A stretch of 30,228 nt of DNA from Planctomycetota bacterium (GTDB lineage Bacteria > Planctomycetota > Phycisphaerae > Phycisphaerales > SM1A02). This document shows, in pieces, positions 14,649 to 23,489 of the stretch. Position numbers and translations under genes: made by a program. Numbering within the stretch: the stretch's first letter is position 1; each line of letters opens with the position of its first letter. The DNA is taken from NCBI GenBank assembly GCA_009926815.1, contig RFOC01000001.1, positions 1 to 30,228 of the forward strand, written 5' to 3'. The notes beneath the pieces were generated by a model. That model was not told the origin of the DNA and searched no databases. It worked only from the letters and a program-made list of their open reading frames with translations.

Positions 14649-16425
14649 GACGCGAGAGTCGCAGACGCGCCAGCCGGGTGGCGGCATCGGGCGCCTTGAG
14701 GACCGGGCAGTCCTGATAGAAGCCCGCGTAGGCATTCGCCAGTTCGTGCAGCGCTGCACAGAGGCGCTGCGGGGCCAGCTGCTCGGCGGCGCCCAGCACC
14801 ACGCCGGGGAAGCGAAGCAGGCAGAGCGACAGGTGGCGCTCCGCGGGCTCCACGGGATGGAAGGCGCTGCCGATGATCGCCGGCTCCGACTCGCCGGATC
14901 GGGCGATCAGGCTGGCGATGCGGGCGTGGGCGTACTGGATGTAGGGCCCCGTGTCGCCCTCGAAGGCGATCATGCGGTCGAGGTCGAAGACGTAGTCGCG
15001 CACCGGGTCGCCGCTCAGGTCGGCGTACTTCACGGCGCCGATGCCGACGGCGGCCCCGATGCGATGCAGTTCCGCCTGGGACAGGCCGTGCGTGGGGGCG
15101 TCGGCCTCGGCCGCTCGCCGCTGCACCTGCTCCACGCCGCGATGCACGGCCTCGTCCAGCAGCGCCGCGAGCGTGTAGTTCTCGCCGCTTCGGGTCTTCA
15201 GCGGACGCTTGTCCTTGCCCAGCACGCTGCCGAAGGCCAGGTGCGAGAGTTCCGCACGCGAACCATCGGGCAGCCGATCCCAGCCGATCAGGCGGATGGC
15301 GTCGAAGACGTCCTTGAAGTGGTCTCGCTGGCGGGCATCCACCACGTAGATCACGTGGCCACCATCCAGTTCCTGCACCCGGAACCGCACCGCGGCCAGG
15401 TCCGTGGTGGCGTACAGGAAGCCGCCGTCACCCTTGCGGATGAGCATGGGACGCTCGCGATCCGCGAAGGGCACCACGATGGCCGCGTCATCCTCCTTCG
15501 CCAGGCCGGCCTTCAGGAAGGCGTCCACCGCCGGACCGAGTCGGTCGCGGTAGAAGCTCTCGCCGCGCGAGTGCTCGGCGGTCAGCTTCACGCCCAGCGT
15601 GCGGGCGGTGGCCAGCACCTCCTTCATGGTGACGTCGATCAGTCGCTGCCAGTCGCGCACCGTGGCGGCATCGCCGGCTTGCAGCTTCAGCAGCGTGGCC
15701 TTGGCGTCTCGTTCGGCGGCGCCCGCGCTGTCGCTCTGCGCCTGCAGTTCCGCCACGCGGTGCGGGCCGGCATGGGTGGACAGCGCCGCGGCAAGCCCGG
15801 CCTCGTCGGTCCTGGCCTCCAGCTGCGCGGCGCGATAGGCGGTGTTGAGGTCCTCCAGCGTCAGTCGGTCGAAGTCGCGGCCCTGCCGCCGCAGCGATGC
15901 CATGGTCATGGCGATGGGCAGTCCCCAGTCGCCAAGATGGTTCTCGCGCCACACCTTGCGGCCGAGCCGCTCGTGCAGCCGCGCGACCACGTCACCGATG
16001 ATCGTGGCCCTCAGGTGACCCACGTGCATCTGCTTGGCCACGTTCACGCCACAGAGATCCACCACCACGGCATGGGGCAGCGGCGCCGGGGCGATGCCCA
16101 GTTCCGGTCCGTCCAGGTCCGACAGCATGCCGGCGAGCGCCTCGGTGGAGAGCCGGATGTTGATGAAGCCGGGACCGGCGATCTCGGGGGTTTCCGCCAG
16201 GCCATGCAGGTCAACGGCCGCGGCGATCCGCTCGGCGATCTCGCGAGGCTTCGCCTGGAGGGCCTTGGCCAGTCCCAGCGCCGCGTTGCACTGGAAGTCG
16301 CCGTGCCGTGGATCGGCGCTCGCCTTCACCTGCGGATCGATCGAGGCGGGATCGTTGCCCGACACCTTCGAGATGGCGGCGCGGAAGGCGCGCTCCAGGT
16401 GCAGCAGCGGGTCGCACGGACGCAT
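14584..16425 (-). CDS. argS: Arginine--tRNA ligase
   Basis: HGDFQCN.AL, GPGFINI, KQMHVGHLRATIIGD, ENHLGDWG, KGDGGFLYATTDLAA, FEGDTGPYIQYAHARI, GLGLLGI..PERM. Confidence 0.97.
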   Translation of the reverse strand: MRPCDPLLHLERAFRAAISKVSGNDPASIDPQVKASADPRHGDFQCNAALGLAKALQAKPREIAERIAAAVDLHGLAETPEIAGPGFINIRLSTEALAGMLSDLDGPELGIAPAPLPHAVVVDLCGVNVAKQMHVGHLRATIIGDVVARLHERLGRKVWRENHLGDWGLPIAMTMASLRRQGRDFDRLTLEDLNTAYRAAQLEARTDEAGLAAALSTHAGPHRVAELQAQSDSAGAAERDAKATLLKLQAGDAATVRDWQRLIDVTMKEVLATARTLGVKLTAEHSRGESFYRDRLGPAVDAFLKAGLAKEDDAAIVVPFADRERPMLIRKGDGGFLYATTDLAAVRFRVQELDGGHVIYVVDARQRDHFKDVFDAIRLIGWDRLPDGSRAELSHLAFGSVLGKDKRPLKTRSGENYTLAALLDEAVHRGVEQVQRRAAEADAPTHGLSQAELHRIGAAVGIGAVKYADLSGDPVRDYVFDLDRMIAFEGDTGPYIQYAHARIASLIARSGESEPAIIGSAFHPVEPAERHLSLCLLRFPGVVLGAAEQLAPQRLCAALHELANAYAGFYQDCPVLKAPDAATRLARLRLSRLTRRVLAEGLGLLGIDAPERM

Positions 16426-16434
16426 GGCGGGGCG

Positions 16435-16440
16435 AGGATA
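16435..16440 (-). promoter_or_regulatory. Putative -10 hexamer TATCCT
   Basis: 9 nt before the argS ATG 16425; no SD visible. Confidence 0.45.
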
Positions 16441-16447
16441 GGGCCGC

Positions 16448-17599
16448 TCAGCGGGCCGCGCGGCGGGCCTTGAGCAGACCGCGGTGCTGGCCATGCAGCC
16501 GGTTCATGAGCTTCATGGAGCCGCGTCGCCAGTCGGCGTCGGGCTTCAGGCCGGTGGCGGCGATCTCGATCATCCGCACCAGGCTCTCGAAGTCGGTCAT
16601 GGAGACGAACTCGGGACCCACGCGACCGCGCTTCCGCCCGGCGACCGTGGCATCGATGTCCTGCATGTTGTGGTAGTTGCCCAGCGGCAGGCAGAGGCAC
16701 GTGCTCTCGAGGCCGTGGGTCGCGAAGGCGGTGGCCTCGCAGGCGCCGCCCGGCATGAGCTTGCGCTGGAACAGGAAGCCCGGATCCTTCTCGCGGGCCG
16801 CCGTGAAGAGCTCGCCCAACGCATTGGTGAGGTGCGGGGAGAACACGCTGAGCCGGTCACCCACCCGCAGGATGGCCCCGGCACCGATGGGGCTGTCGTG
16901 GGGGAAGCTGCGAGAGTTCTCCAGGCAGAGAAGCCGTGCACCACGGGGAATGAATCCGTTGCGCGCGGCATGGATGGCACCCACGAAGCCCACCTCCTCG
17001 GCGCGGGTGAACAGCAGGCCCACGTGACGCGCGCCCGGCTGGGTGAGCAGGCGGTCGAAGGCCACCAGCGCCGCGGCCAGCGCGGCCAGGTCGTCGCAGG
17101 CATGGGTGTGCAGCATGCCCTTGCGGATCGCGGGCTTGGGCAGGTCCCACCGTGCCAGATCGCCGGAACGCAGCGACGGCGCGGCCCTGGCCAGCCGCGC
17201 CGCCACCCGCTTGAAGGGCCGGGCCTTGGCGTCGAGTCGCGTGATGCGAGCGTGGTGCACGCGGTCGTCGCCGTCGATCACCTGCAGCCGCGCTCCCACG
17301 AAGTAGGCCTCGTGCACCCCGCCGCGGAACTCCAGTTCCAGTTCCCGGTCCCGCACGCCGCGGACCACGAACGCCGGGTGGTCCAGGTGCGCCGTCACCA
17401 GCAGCGGGCGGACCCGCCGGGGCGCCTTGCGGTGCGTGATGAGCATGTTGCCGCCATCGTCGCGACGGAGCCTGAGGTGGGCGGATCGAACGAAGCACCA
17501 ACCCTCGATGAACGCGATCACCCGGTCCTCCAGCCCGGCGGCCGTGGGAATGGCGGTCAGCGTGAGGGCCAGGCTTCGTTCATGGGCGGTGAGCGTCAT
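16448..17599 (-). CDS. M42/M20-clan dinuclear metallo-aminopeptidase
   Basis: VTAHLDHP, ACDDLA, FTRAEEVGFVGA, LCLENS, GGACEA, LPLGNYHN metal-ligand motifs. Confidence 0.85.
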   Translation of the reverse strand: MTLTAHERSLALTLTAIPTAAGLEDRVIAFIEGWCFVRSAHLRLRRDDGGNMLITHRKAPRRVRPLLVTAHLDHPAFVVRGVRDRELELEFRGGVHEAYFVGARLQVIDGDDRVHHARITRLDAKARPFKRVAARLARAAPSLRSGDLARWDLPKPAIRKGMLHTHACDDLAALAAALVAFDRLLTQPGARHVGLLFTRAEEVGFVGAIHAARNGFIPRGARLLCLENSRSFPHDSPIGAGAILRVGDRLSVFSPHLTNALGELFTAAREKDPGFLFQRKLMPGGACEATAFATHGLESTCLCLPLGNYHNMQDIDATVAGRKRGRVGPEFVSMTDFESLVRMIEIAATGLKPDADWRRGSMKLMNRLHGQHRGLLKARRAAR

Positions 17600-17608
17600 G
17601 GGCCGCGA

Positions 17609-17638
17609 AGGGTACTTGGTCGACGCGGCTTCTACACT
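17609..17638. promoter_or_regulatory. Divergent pair of putative -10 hexamers
   Basis: Minus-strand TACCCT (17609-17614) is 9 nt before ATG 17599. Plus-strand TACACT (17633-17638) is 7 nt before ATG 17646. Confidence 0.55.
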
Positions 17639-17645
17639 TCACCGG

Positions 17646-18839
17646 ATGCCCCTGAGCCCCATCGCCGAGATCCTGCAGGAGCTCCGTGCCGGTCGCGCCA
17701 TCGTGCTGGTGGATGACGAGAATCGCGAGAACGAGGGCGACTTCGTGGTGGCGGCGGAGCACTGCACGCCGGAGATGGTGAACTTCCTCACCCGGGTCGG
17801 CGGTGGATACCTGTGCGTGGCGCTGGCGGGGGGCATCTGTGATCGCCTGGATCTTGGACCGGCCGTGGCGCACAACACCAGCCTTCGAGGCACGGCCTTC
17901 ACGGTGAGCGTGGAGGCGCATCCTCGGCATGGCGTGGGCACCGGCGTGAGCGCGAGGGATCGGTCCACCACCATTCGTCTCCTGGCCGATCCGCGTGCCT
18001 CGGCGGAGGACTTCACCCGACCCGGCCACGTGAATCCGCTTCGTGCCCGCGAGGGCGGCGTGCTGGTGCGCACGGGCCAGACGGAGGGCAGCGTGGATCT
18101 CTGTCGCATGGCGGGGCTGGAACCGGCCGCGGCCATCATCGAGATCGTCAAGCCTGACGGCGAGATGGCCCGCGTGCCCGACCTGGAGGCCATGTGCCGC
18201 GAGCACGGCCTGAAGATGGCCAGCGTGGAGCAGGTCATCGAGCATCGCCTGCGCGGCGAGGCGCTGGTGGAGCGCATGGAGCCCCGTGATGGCGAGGACC
18301 TGGTGACGCCGGAGGGCACCTTCCGCCTCTTCGCGTGGCGCACCGCGGTGGACGCGCTGCCGCACCTGGCGCTGACCATGGGTGGGGTGGGCCGACTGGA
18401 GGCCTCGGGCCAGGTCAGGCCGGAACAGCGACCCACGCTGGTCCGCATGCACCGCCGCGACATCTTCCGCGATGTCTTCGCCGTCACCGGTGGTGGCGGT
18501 GGGCAGGCCGAGGTGCGGGCCTCCATGGCCGCGATCGCGCGGGAGGGCCGCGGGGCGCTGGTCTATCTCCGGAGCGAGGGCAGCGGGTTCGACACGCCTG
18601 GTCTTCTGCAGCGCATCCGCCGAGGCGGCGACGACGTGAATGCACCGGACCTGACGCGGCCCGAGGGCATCGGCGGCCGCGCGCAACCCATGGACCTCCG
18701 CGAGTTCGGCGTGGGTGGCCAGATCCTTCGGGACCTGGGCCTGCACAGGCTCCGGCTGCTGACCAACCATCCCAAGGTGGCCATGCCGGGTCTCCACGGC
18801 TTCGGCATCGACATCGTGGAACAGGTGCCTTTGCGATGA
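17646..18839 (+). CDS. ribB: 3,4-dihydroxy-2-butanone-4-phosphate synthase fused to a degenerate GTP cyclohydrolase II-like domain (RibBX-type)
   Basis: DDENRENEGD, GVSARDR, FTRPGHVNPL, GQTEGSVDL. C-terminal VRMH...GALVYLRSEG...GQILRDLG..RLRLLTNHP lacks the three Zn cysteines. Confidence 0.9.
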   Translation: MPLSPIAEILQELRAGRAIVLVDDENRENEGDFVVAAEHCTPEMVNFLTRVGGGYLCVALAGGICDRLDLGPAVAHNTSLRGTAFTVSVEAHPRHGVGTGVSARDRSTTIRLLADPRASAEDFTRPGHVNPLRAREGGVLVRTGQTEGSVDLCRMAGLEPAAAIIEIVKPDGEMARVPDLEAMCREHGLKMASVEQVIEHRLRGEALVERMEPRDGEDLVTPEGTFRLFAWRTAVDALPHLALTMGGVGRLEASGQVRPEQRPTLVRMHRRDIFRDVFAVTGGGGGQAEVRASMAAIAREGRGALVYLRSEGSGFDTPGLLQRIRRGGDDVNAPDLTRPEGIGGRAQPMDLREFGVGGQILRDLGLHRLRLLTNHPKVAMPGLHGFGIDIVEQVPLR

Positions 18840-19654
18840 CGGCGATGGCCGTGCTGTGCCTGGGCCTGCTGGCCGGATGCGCGGCGGCCCAGGTCGAGGC
18901 GTCGCCGCCGGTCTCCGAGGCGAAGGACGCGCCTTCGCCGCACGCCTCGGCGGACGCGCTGCTCGAGTCGCTGGAGAGGGCCACGAAGGGACTTCGCGAC
19001 TTCCAGGCCCAGGTGGTCTATGACCGGCTGGACGCCATCACCGAGGATCGCGAGCGTCGCACCGGACGCATCGTGCTCGAGCAGGATGGTGCGGACCCGC
19101 CGCAGCGGAGGTTCGCGATCGCCTTCGACCGCTTCATCGATGCCGCGGGTCACGCGTCACCGCAGAGCCAGCGTTTCGCGTTCGCCTCGGGCTGGCTGGT
19201 GGAGTTCGACGACGCGCGCCGACAGGCCATCGAGCGGCAGCTGGTGCCCGAGGGCAAGTCGCTGGATCCGCTTCGTCTGGGCGAGGGACCGCTGCCGCTG
19301 CCGGTGGGGCAGCGGGCGGAGGACGTGCGAAGGCGATTCACGGCGACGCTGGCCCCGCCGCCCGATGCACCGCTGCTGAAGGCGTTGCAGGGCGTCCAGG
19401 GTCTGGTGCTGGTGCCGCGGGCGGGGACCAGCGCGAGCGAGGACTTCGACGAGGTGCGGATCTGGTACGACCTGCGCACGCTGGCACCGGTCGGCGTGCA
19501 GGCGCGCATGAAGGGCGGCGATCTCAAGACGGTGCTGCTGCGCGAGGTGCGGGTGAATGCGGGCCTGGACTCGGCGGCGAGGGATGCCCTTCGCATCGAG
19601 GTGCCCGAGGGCTGGATCCGCGACCGTCGCCCGTGGAGGCCCACGCAGCCATGA
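18836..19654 (+). CDS. LolA-like outer-membrane lipoprotein carrier-fold protein
   Basis: DFQAQVVY...RTGRIVLE, RFAFASGWLVEFD...ERQL, LGEGPLPLP, IWYD...P. N-terminal LLAGC lipobox-like motif. ATGA overlap with ribB. Confidence 0.65.
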   Translation: MTAMAVLCLGLLAGCAAAQVEASPPVSEAKDAPSPHASADALLESLERATKGLRDFQAQVVYDRLDAITEDRERRTGRIVLEQDGADPPQRRFAIAFDRFIDAAGHASPQSQRFAFASGWLVEFDDARRQAIERQLVPEGKSLDPLRLGEGPLPLPVGQRAEDVRRRFTATLAPPPDAPLLKALQGVQGLVLVPRAGTSASEDFDEVRIWYDLRTLAPVGVQARMKGGDLKTVLLREVRVNAGLDSAARDALRIEVPEGWIRDRRPWRPTQP

Positions 19655-22335
19655 CCCGCTGGGTGGTGATGCTGGGCGTCGCGCTCCTGATCCGGACGGC
19701 CTCGGGGCAGATCGTGATCGAGCCGGAACTGCCACGATCGGTGCGTTCGGCCCTGGAGGCGCCAGGGCTGAAGCCCTCGGAACAGCGCGAGCTTCGCCTG
19801 CGTCATGGGCTCTGGATGCCGGAGGATCTGGATAACCCCGCGCGACGGGCCGATGCGGCGCTCCGATGCTGGAGGCTGGATGACGAGACGCTGACGGATC
19901 CCGCCGTGCCGGTGGACCTTCGCGCGAATGCCCTCATCCGAAGAGGACGGGCGGTCGAGGCGGAGTCGCTGCTGGCGGGCTGCGCCGACCCTGGCTGCGC
20001 GCTGCTGCGAGCCCGGGCCCAGATGCTGCAGGGACGGTTGCCGGAGGCGTGCCAGGGTCTTCGGTCACTGGAGGCGCTCGCCCAGGCTCCGCAGGCGGAT
20101 GGCGACGCGCTGCGTCGAGGCGCGGAAGCGCTGATGCTTCGAGGCACGCTGGAGCCCGTCGGAGCCGATGGCTGGCGTGCGGCGGCTGCATGGCTGGGAC
20201 GCGCGCGTGAGCTGGATCGCCTGGATCCCCAGGTGCCCGCGCTCGAGGGTCGCCTGCTCATCGGTCGGCACAACCGCGAGGAGGGCGTGCCCGCGCTGCA
20301 GCAGGCCATCGCGCTGGACCCCCGGGCTTCCTCCGCCATCCATGACCTGGGGCGTGCCGCGCTGGAGGCCTTCGACTTCGACGGCGCCGTCAGGGCCGCA
20401 TCCATGCTCCGCCGCTGCAATCCCGAGCACCCGCTGGCCGATCTGCTCGATGTCGAGCGGCTGCTCCTCACGGAGGACATCGATGGCGCGGCCGCCGTGC
20501 TCGATCGCCTGCAGGCGCGCTGGCCCGAGATGCCCGAGCCCATGGCCTTCCGAGCGGCGCTGCTGGCCCGCCGCTGGGACCCGTCGGGCCTTGCCGCCGC
20601 GCTCCAGGCGATGGACGCGCGCTTTCCCGGCCAGGCGCTGGGTGCCGCCACCGCGGGCCGACTGCTTGCGCTGCATCGGCAGTACGAGGCGGCGGAGCGG
20701 TTGCTTCGGCAGGCCATCGAGCGTCGCCCGTCGTGGAGCGAGCCTCGGGGCGAGCTGGGCCAGCTCATGCTGCAGACGGGCCGGGATGCGGAAGCGCGGA
20801 CGGCCCTGGCCGAGGCTGCGGAGCGGGATCCCTTCGACAAGCGGAGCGCGTTCGGCCGCTGGCTGCTCGACGAGATGGCGGGCTACCGCTCCATCGAGAC
20901 GCCGCACTTCCGCATCCGCGTGAAGCCCGGCGTGGATGAGGCCGTGGCCGAGGGCATGCCCGAGGCGCTGGAAGCCATGCATCGCGAGGTGACCGACTGG
21001 TTCGGCCACGAGCCTGCTGGTCGCACCACCATCGAGCTCCTGCCGGATCACGAGTTCTTCGCCGTCCGGATCACGGGCATGCCCGGCATCCACACCATGG
21101 CGGCCTCCACGGGGCCGGTCATCGCCCTGGAGGCGCCTCGCCGCGGCAATCCGCGCAAGCACCTGGGCACCTACGACTGGCTGGAGGTCCTGCGGCACGA
21201 GTATGCGCACACCGTCACGCTGAGCCAGACCGACAACCGCATCCCGCACTGGCTCACCGAGGCGCTGGCGGTTCGCGTGGAGAACCGGCCTCGGTCCATG
21301 CAGACCTGCGAGCTGCTGGCTCGGGCACTCGACGGCAACCGACTCTTCACGCTGGATCGCATCAAGTGGGCGTTCGTCCGGCCCGAGACGCCCCGGGATC
21401 GGCCGCTCGCCTACGCGCAGGGTCACTGGATGGTGCAGTACATCGAGCACCGATGGGGCCGCGAGGCGATTCCCAGGCTCCTGGAGCGCTACCGCGCCGG
21501 CGACGACGAGCCTGCGGCCATGCGGTCGGCGCTGGGCATCGATCCGCAGGCGTTCTTCGCGGACTTCCTGCCGTGGGCGCGCGAGCAGGTCCAGGCGTGG
21601 GGTCTGCTGGCGAGTCCCTCGATGGACCAGTTCATGGAGGAGGCCAGGCAGGCCGATCCCGCGTTGAGCGAGCGATCGGCCGAGGCCCGGATCGATCGCG
21701 TGGACGCGGTGGCCAGGCGACTGGCGGCCGGCTGTGGTGCGCCCGCCTCGGGCGAGGCGCTGCAGGCGGCACGCTGGCCCGCGGCGAAGCTGCCCGCGGT
21801 CCGCATCCCCGACGCCATGATCGACGGGTGGCTCTCCGAGCGACCCTCGCACCCGGACCTGCTCGAGATGAGGATCCGTCGAAGATTGAAGGACCAGCCC
21901 GAACTCAACGAGACCACGCGAGGGTTCCTGGAGCAGTACCGCGACGCGCGGCCCGTCGATCCGTGGCCGGACCAGCTTCTGGCGGCCGCAGCACGCACGG
22001 CGGGAGATTTCAGGGCGGCATTGCCGCACCTGCAGCGGCTGGATGCCCTGGAGGAACGTGACCCGGCGTATGCGCTGGAGATCGCCAGACTCGAGCGTGA
22101 GGCGGGGCAGACCCGCCAGGCGCTGCAGTCGGTGGAGAAGGCCGCTCGCATCGATGGCTACGACCCCGCGACGCGGGAACTTGCCGCGGCGATCGCCATC
22201 GAGGCCGGCGAACTGGCCACGGCCATGCGGCATCTCCGGGCCCTGCGACTGCTCGAGCCCGAGGTCCAGCGACATGTGGAGAGGATCGAGCGCCTCCAGC
22301 AGCTGATCGACGCGAAGGCCAGTCCGGGGGACTGA
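19651..22335 (+). CDS. Exported TPR-repeat protein with peptidase MA-like domain
   Basis: Signal peptide, many TPR-like helices (ALDP, RPSW, RDPF), EVLRHEYAHTV (HExxH), IPHWLTEALA and AYAQGHWMVQYI. ATGA overlap with the upstream gene. Confidence 0.85.
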   Translation: MTRWVVMLGVALLIRTASGQIVIEPELPRSVRSALEAPGLKPSEQRELRLRHGLWMPEDLDNPARRADAALRCWRLDDETLTDPAVPVDLRANALIRRGRAVEAESLLAGCADPGCALLRARAQMLQGRLPEACQGLRSLEALAQAPQADGDALRRGAEALMLRGTLEPVGADGWRAAAAWLGRARELDRLDPQVPALEGRLLIGRHNREEGVPALQQAIALDPRASSAIHDLGRAALEAFDFDGAVRAASMLRRCNPEHPLADLLDVERLLLTEDIDGAAAVLDRLQARWPEMPEPMAFRAALLARRWDPSGLAAALQAMDARFPGQALGAATAGRLLALHRQYEAAERLLRQAIERRPSWSEPRGELGQLMLQTGRDAEARTALAEAAERDPFDKRSAFGRWLLDEMAGYRSIETPHFRIRVKPGVDEAVAEGMPEALEAMHREVTDWFGHEPAGRTTIELLPDHEFFAVRITGMPGIHTMAASTGPVIALEAPRRGNPRKHLGTYDWLEVLRHEYAHTVTLSQTDNRIPHWLTEALAVRVENRPRSMQTCELLARALDGNRLFTLDRIKWAFVRPETPRDRPLAYAQGHWMVQYIEHRWGREAIPRLLERYRAGDDEPAAMRSALGIDPQAFFADFLPWAREQVQAWGLLASPSMDQFMEEARQADPALSERSAEARIDRVDAVARRLAAGCGAPASGEALQAARWPAAKLPAVRIPDAMIDGWLSERPSHPDLLEMRIRRRLKDQPELNETTRGFLEQYRDARPVDPWPDQLLAAAARTAGDFRAALPHLQRLDALEERDPAYALEIARLEREAGQTRQALQSVEKAARIDGYDPATRELAAAIAIEAGELATAMRHLRALRLLEPEVQRHVERIERLQQLIDAKASPGD

Positions 22336-22340
22336 TCGGC

Positions 22341-22346
22341 TACGGT
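22341..22346 (+). promoter_or_regulatory. Putative -10 hexamer TACGGT
   Basis: 6 nt before the chaA ATG 22353. Confidence 0.5.
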
Positions 22347-22352
22347 ACCGTC

Positions 22353-23489
22353 ATGAACCTCCGACTGAGACGGGTTTCCGCGATTGGATTCTCCGATGTC
22401 GCGCTCGTGATCGGCGGCCTTTCCGCCACCGCGGGCCTGGCCGGACTGGCGGGCGCCGACAGCGCAACGTCCGGGTCCGGCCTGCTGTGGTCGGCGTGGC
22501 TGATGCTGTGCACGGTGCTCTGCGCGTTCCGGGCCATGGCCCACGCGGATCGACTGGCGGAGCGTTTCGGCGAGCCCGTGGGCACCGTGGTGCTGACCGT
22601 GTCGGCCATCACCATCGAGGTGGCATCGGTGTGCGCGTTCATGGTGGGCAGTCACGGCGATCCCACCGTGGCCCGCGACAGCATGTTCAGCGTGCTCATG
22701 ATCATCCTGAACGGTTTCGTGGGCGGGTGCATCCTGCTGGGCACCGCGAGGTCGCACGAGCGCCGCTTCAATCCCGATGCCTCGTCCATGTACCTGCCGC
22801 TCATCGTGGCCATGGGATTCCTGGCTCTGGTGCTGCCCCGACTGGCCACCAGCGAGGAGGGCGGATGGATGACCGATGGCATGGAGGTGTTCGTGGGCGG
22901 GGGATGCCTGGGCGTGTACCTGGCCTTCCTGTGGATGCAGACGTCGCGTTACCGCGGCTACTTCGCCCTCGAGGAGACCTCGACCTCGGGCGCGCATGGG
23001 GCCTCCGTGCCGGTGACCCGCAGCGTGGTCATGCTGCTGGTGTCGCTGCTGATCGTGGTGATGGGGGCGAAGTGCATGGCGGGCCGGGTGGGCGCCATGC
23101 TGCAGGCCGTGCACCTGCCCAGCGGCTTCGGTGGCGTGATCATCGCCATGATGGTGCTGGCGCCGGAGGGCCTGGCGGCGCTGCGGGCCAGCCGCCACGG
23201 CGACATGCAGCGATCGATCAACGTGCTGCTGGGCAGCGCGGTGTCCACCATCGGTCTCACCGTGCCCGCGGTGCTGGCCATGCGGGCCTTCACCGACATC
23301 GATGCCGAACTGGGACTCGAGGTTCCCTACATCGGGCTGCTGGCGGCCACCTTCCTGGTGTCGTCGCTCACGCTCATGCGCGGCCGGGTGAACACGGTGC
23401 ACGGGCTGCTGCACCTGCTGCTCTTCTTCGGGTGGCTGATCACCATCCTGGACGAGAGCCTGCCCACCGCGGGGCCGGGCCCGGACTGA
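22353..23489 (+). CDS. chaA: Calcium(sodium):proton antiporter, ChaA family
   Basis: HADRLAERFGEPVGTVVLTVSAITIEV, ARDSMFSVLMI, LAPEG, LGSAVSTIGLTVPA. About 10 hydrophobic helices. Confidence 0.9.
   Translation: MNLRLRRVSAIGFSDVALVIGGLSATAGLAGLAGADSATSGSGLLWSAWLMLCTVLCAFRAMAHADRLAERFGEPVGTVVLTVSAITIEVASVCAFMVGSHGDPTVARDSMFSVLMIILNGFVGGCILLGTARSHERRFNPDASSMYLPLIVAMGFLALVLPRLATSEEGGWMTDGMEVFVGGGCLGVYLAFLWMQTSRYRGYFALEETSTSGAHGASVPVTRSVVMLLVSLLIVVMGAKCMAGRVGAMLQAVHLPSGFGGVIIAMMVLAPEGLAALRASRHGDMQRSINVLLGSAVSTIGLTVPAVLAMRAFTDIDAELGLEVPYIGLLAATFLVSSLTLMRGRVNTVHGLLHLLLFFGWLITILDESLPTAGPGPD

Noticed and set aside
2641-16425. Three aminoacyl-tRNA synthetase genes within 14 kb as a possible functional cluster or T-box regulon
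   Set aside because: They differ in strand and operon, have very short or no leaders with no room for T-boxes, and look like ordinary single housekeeping copies.
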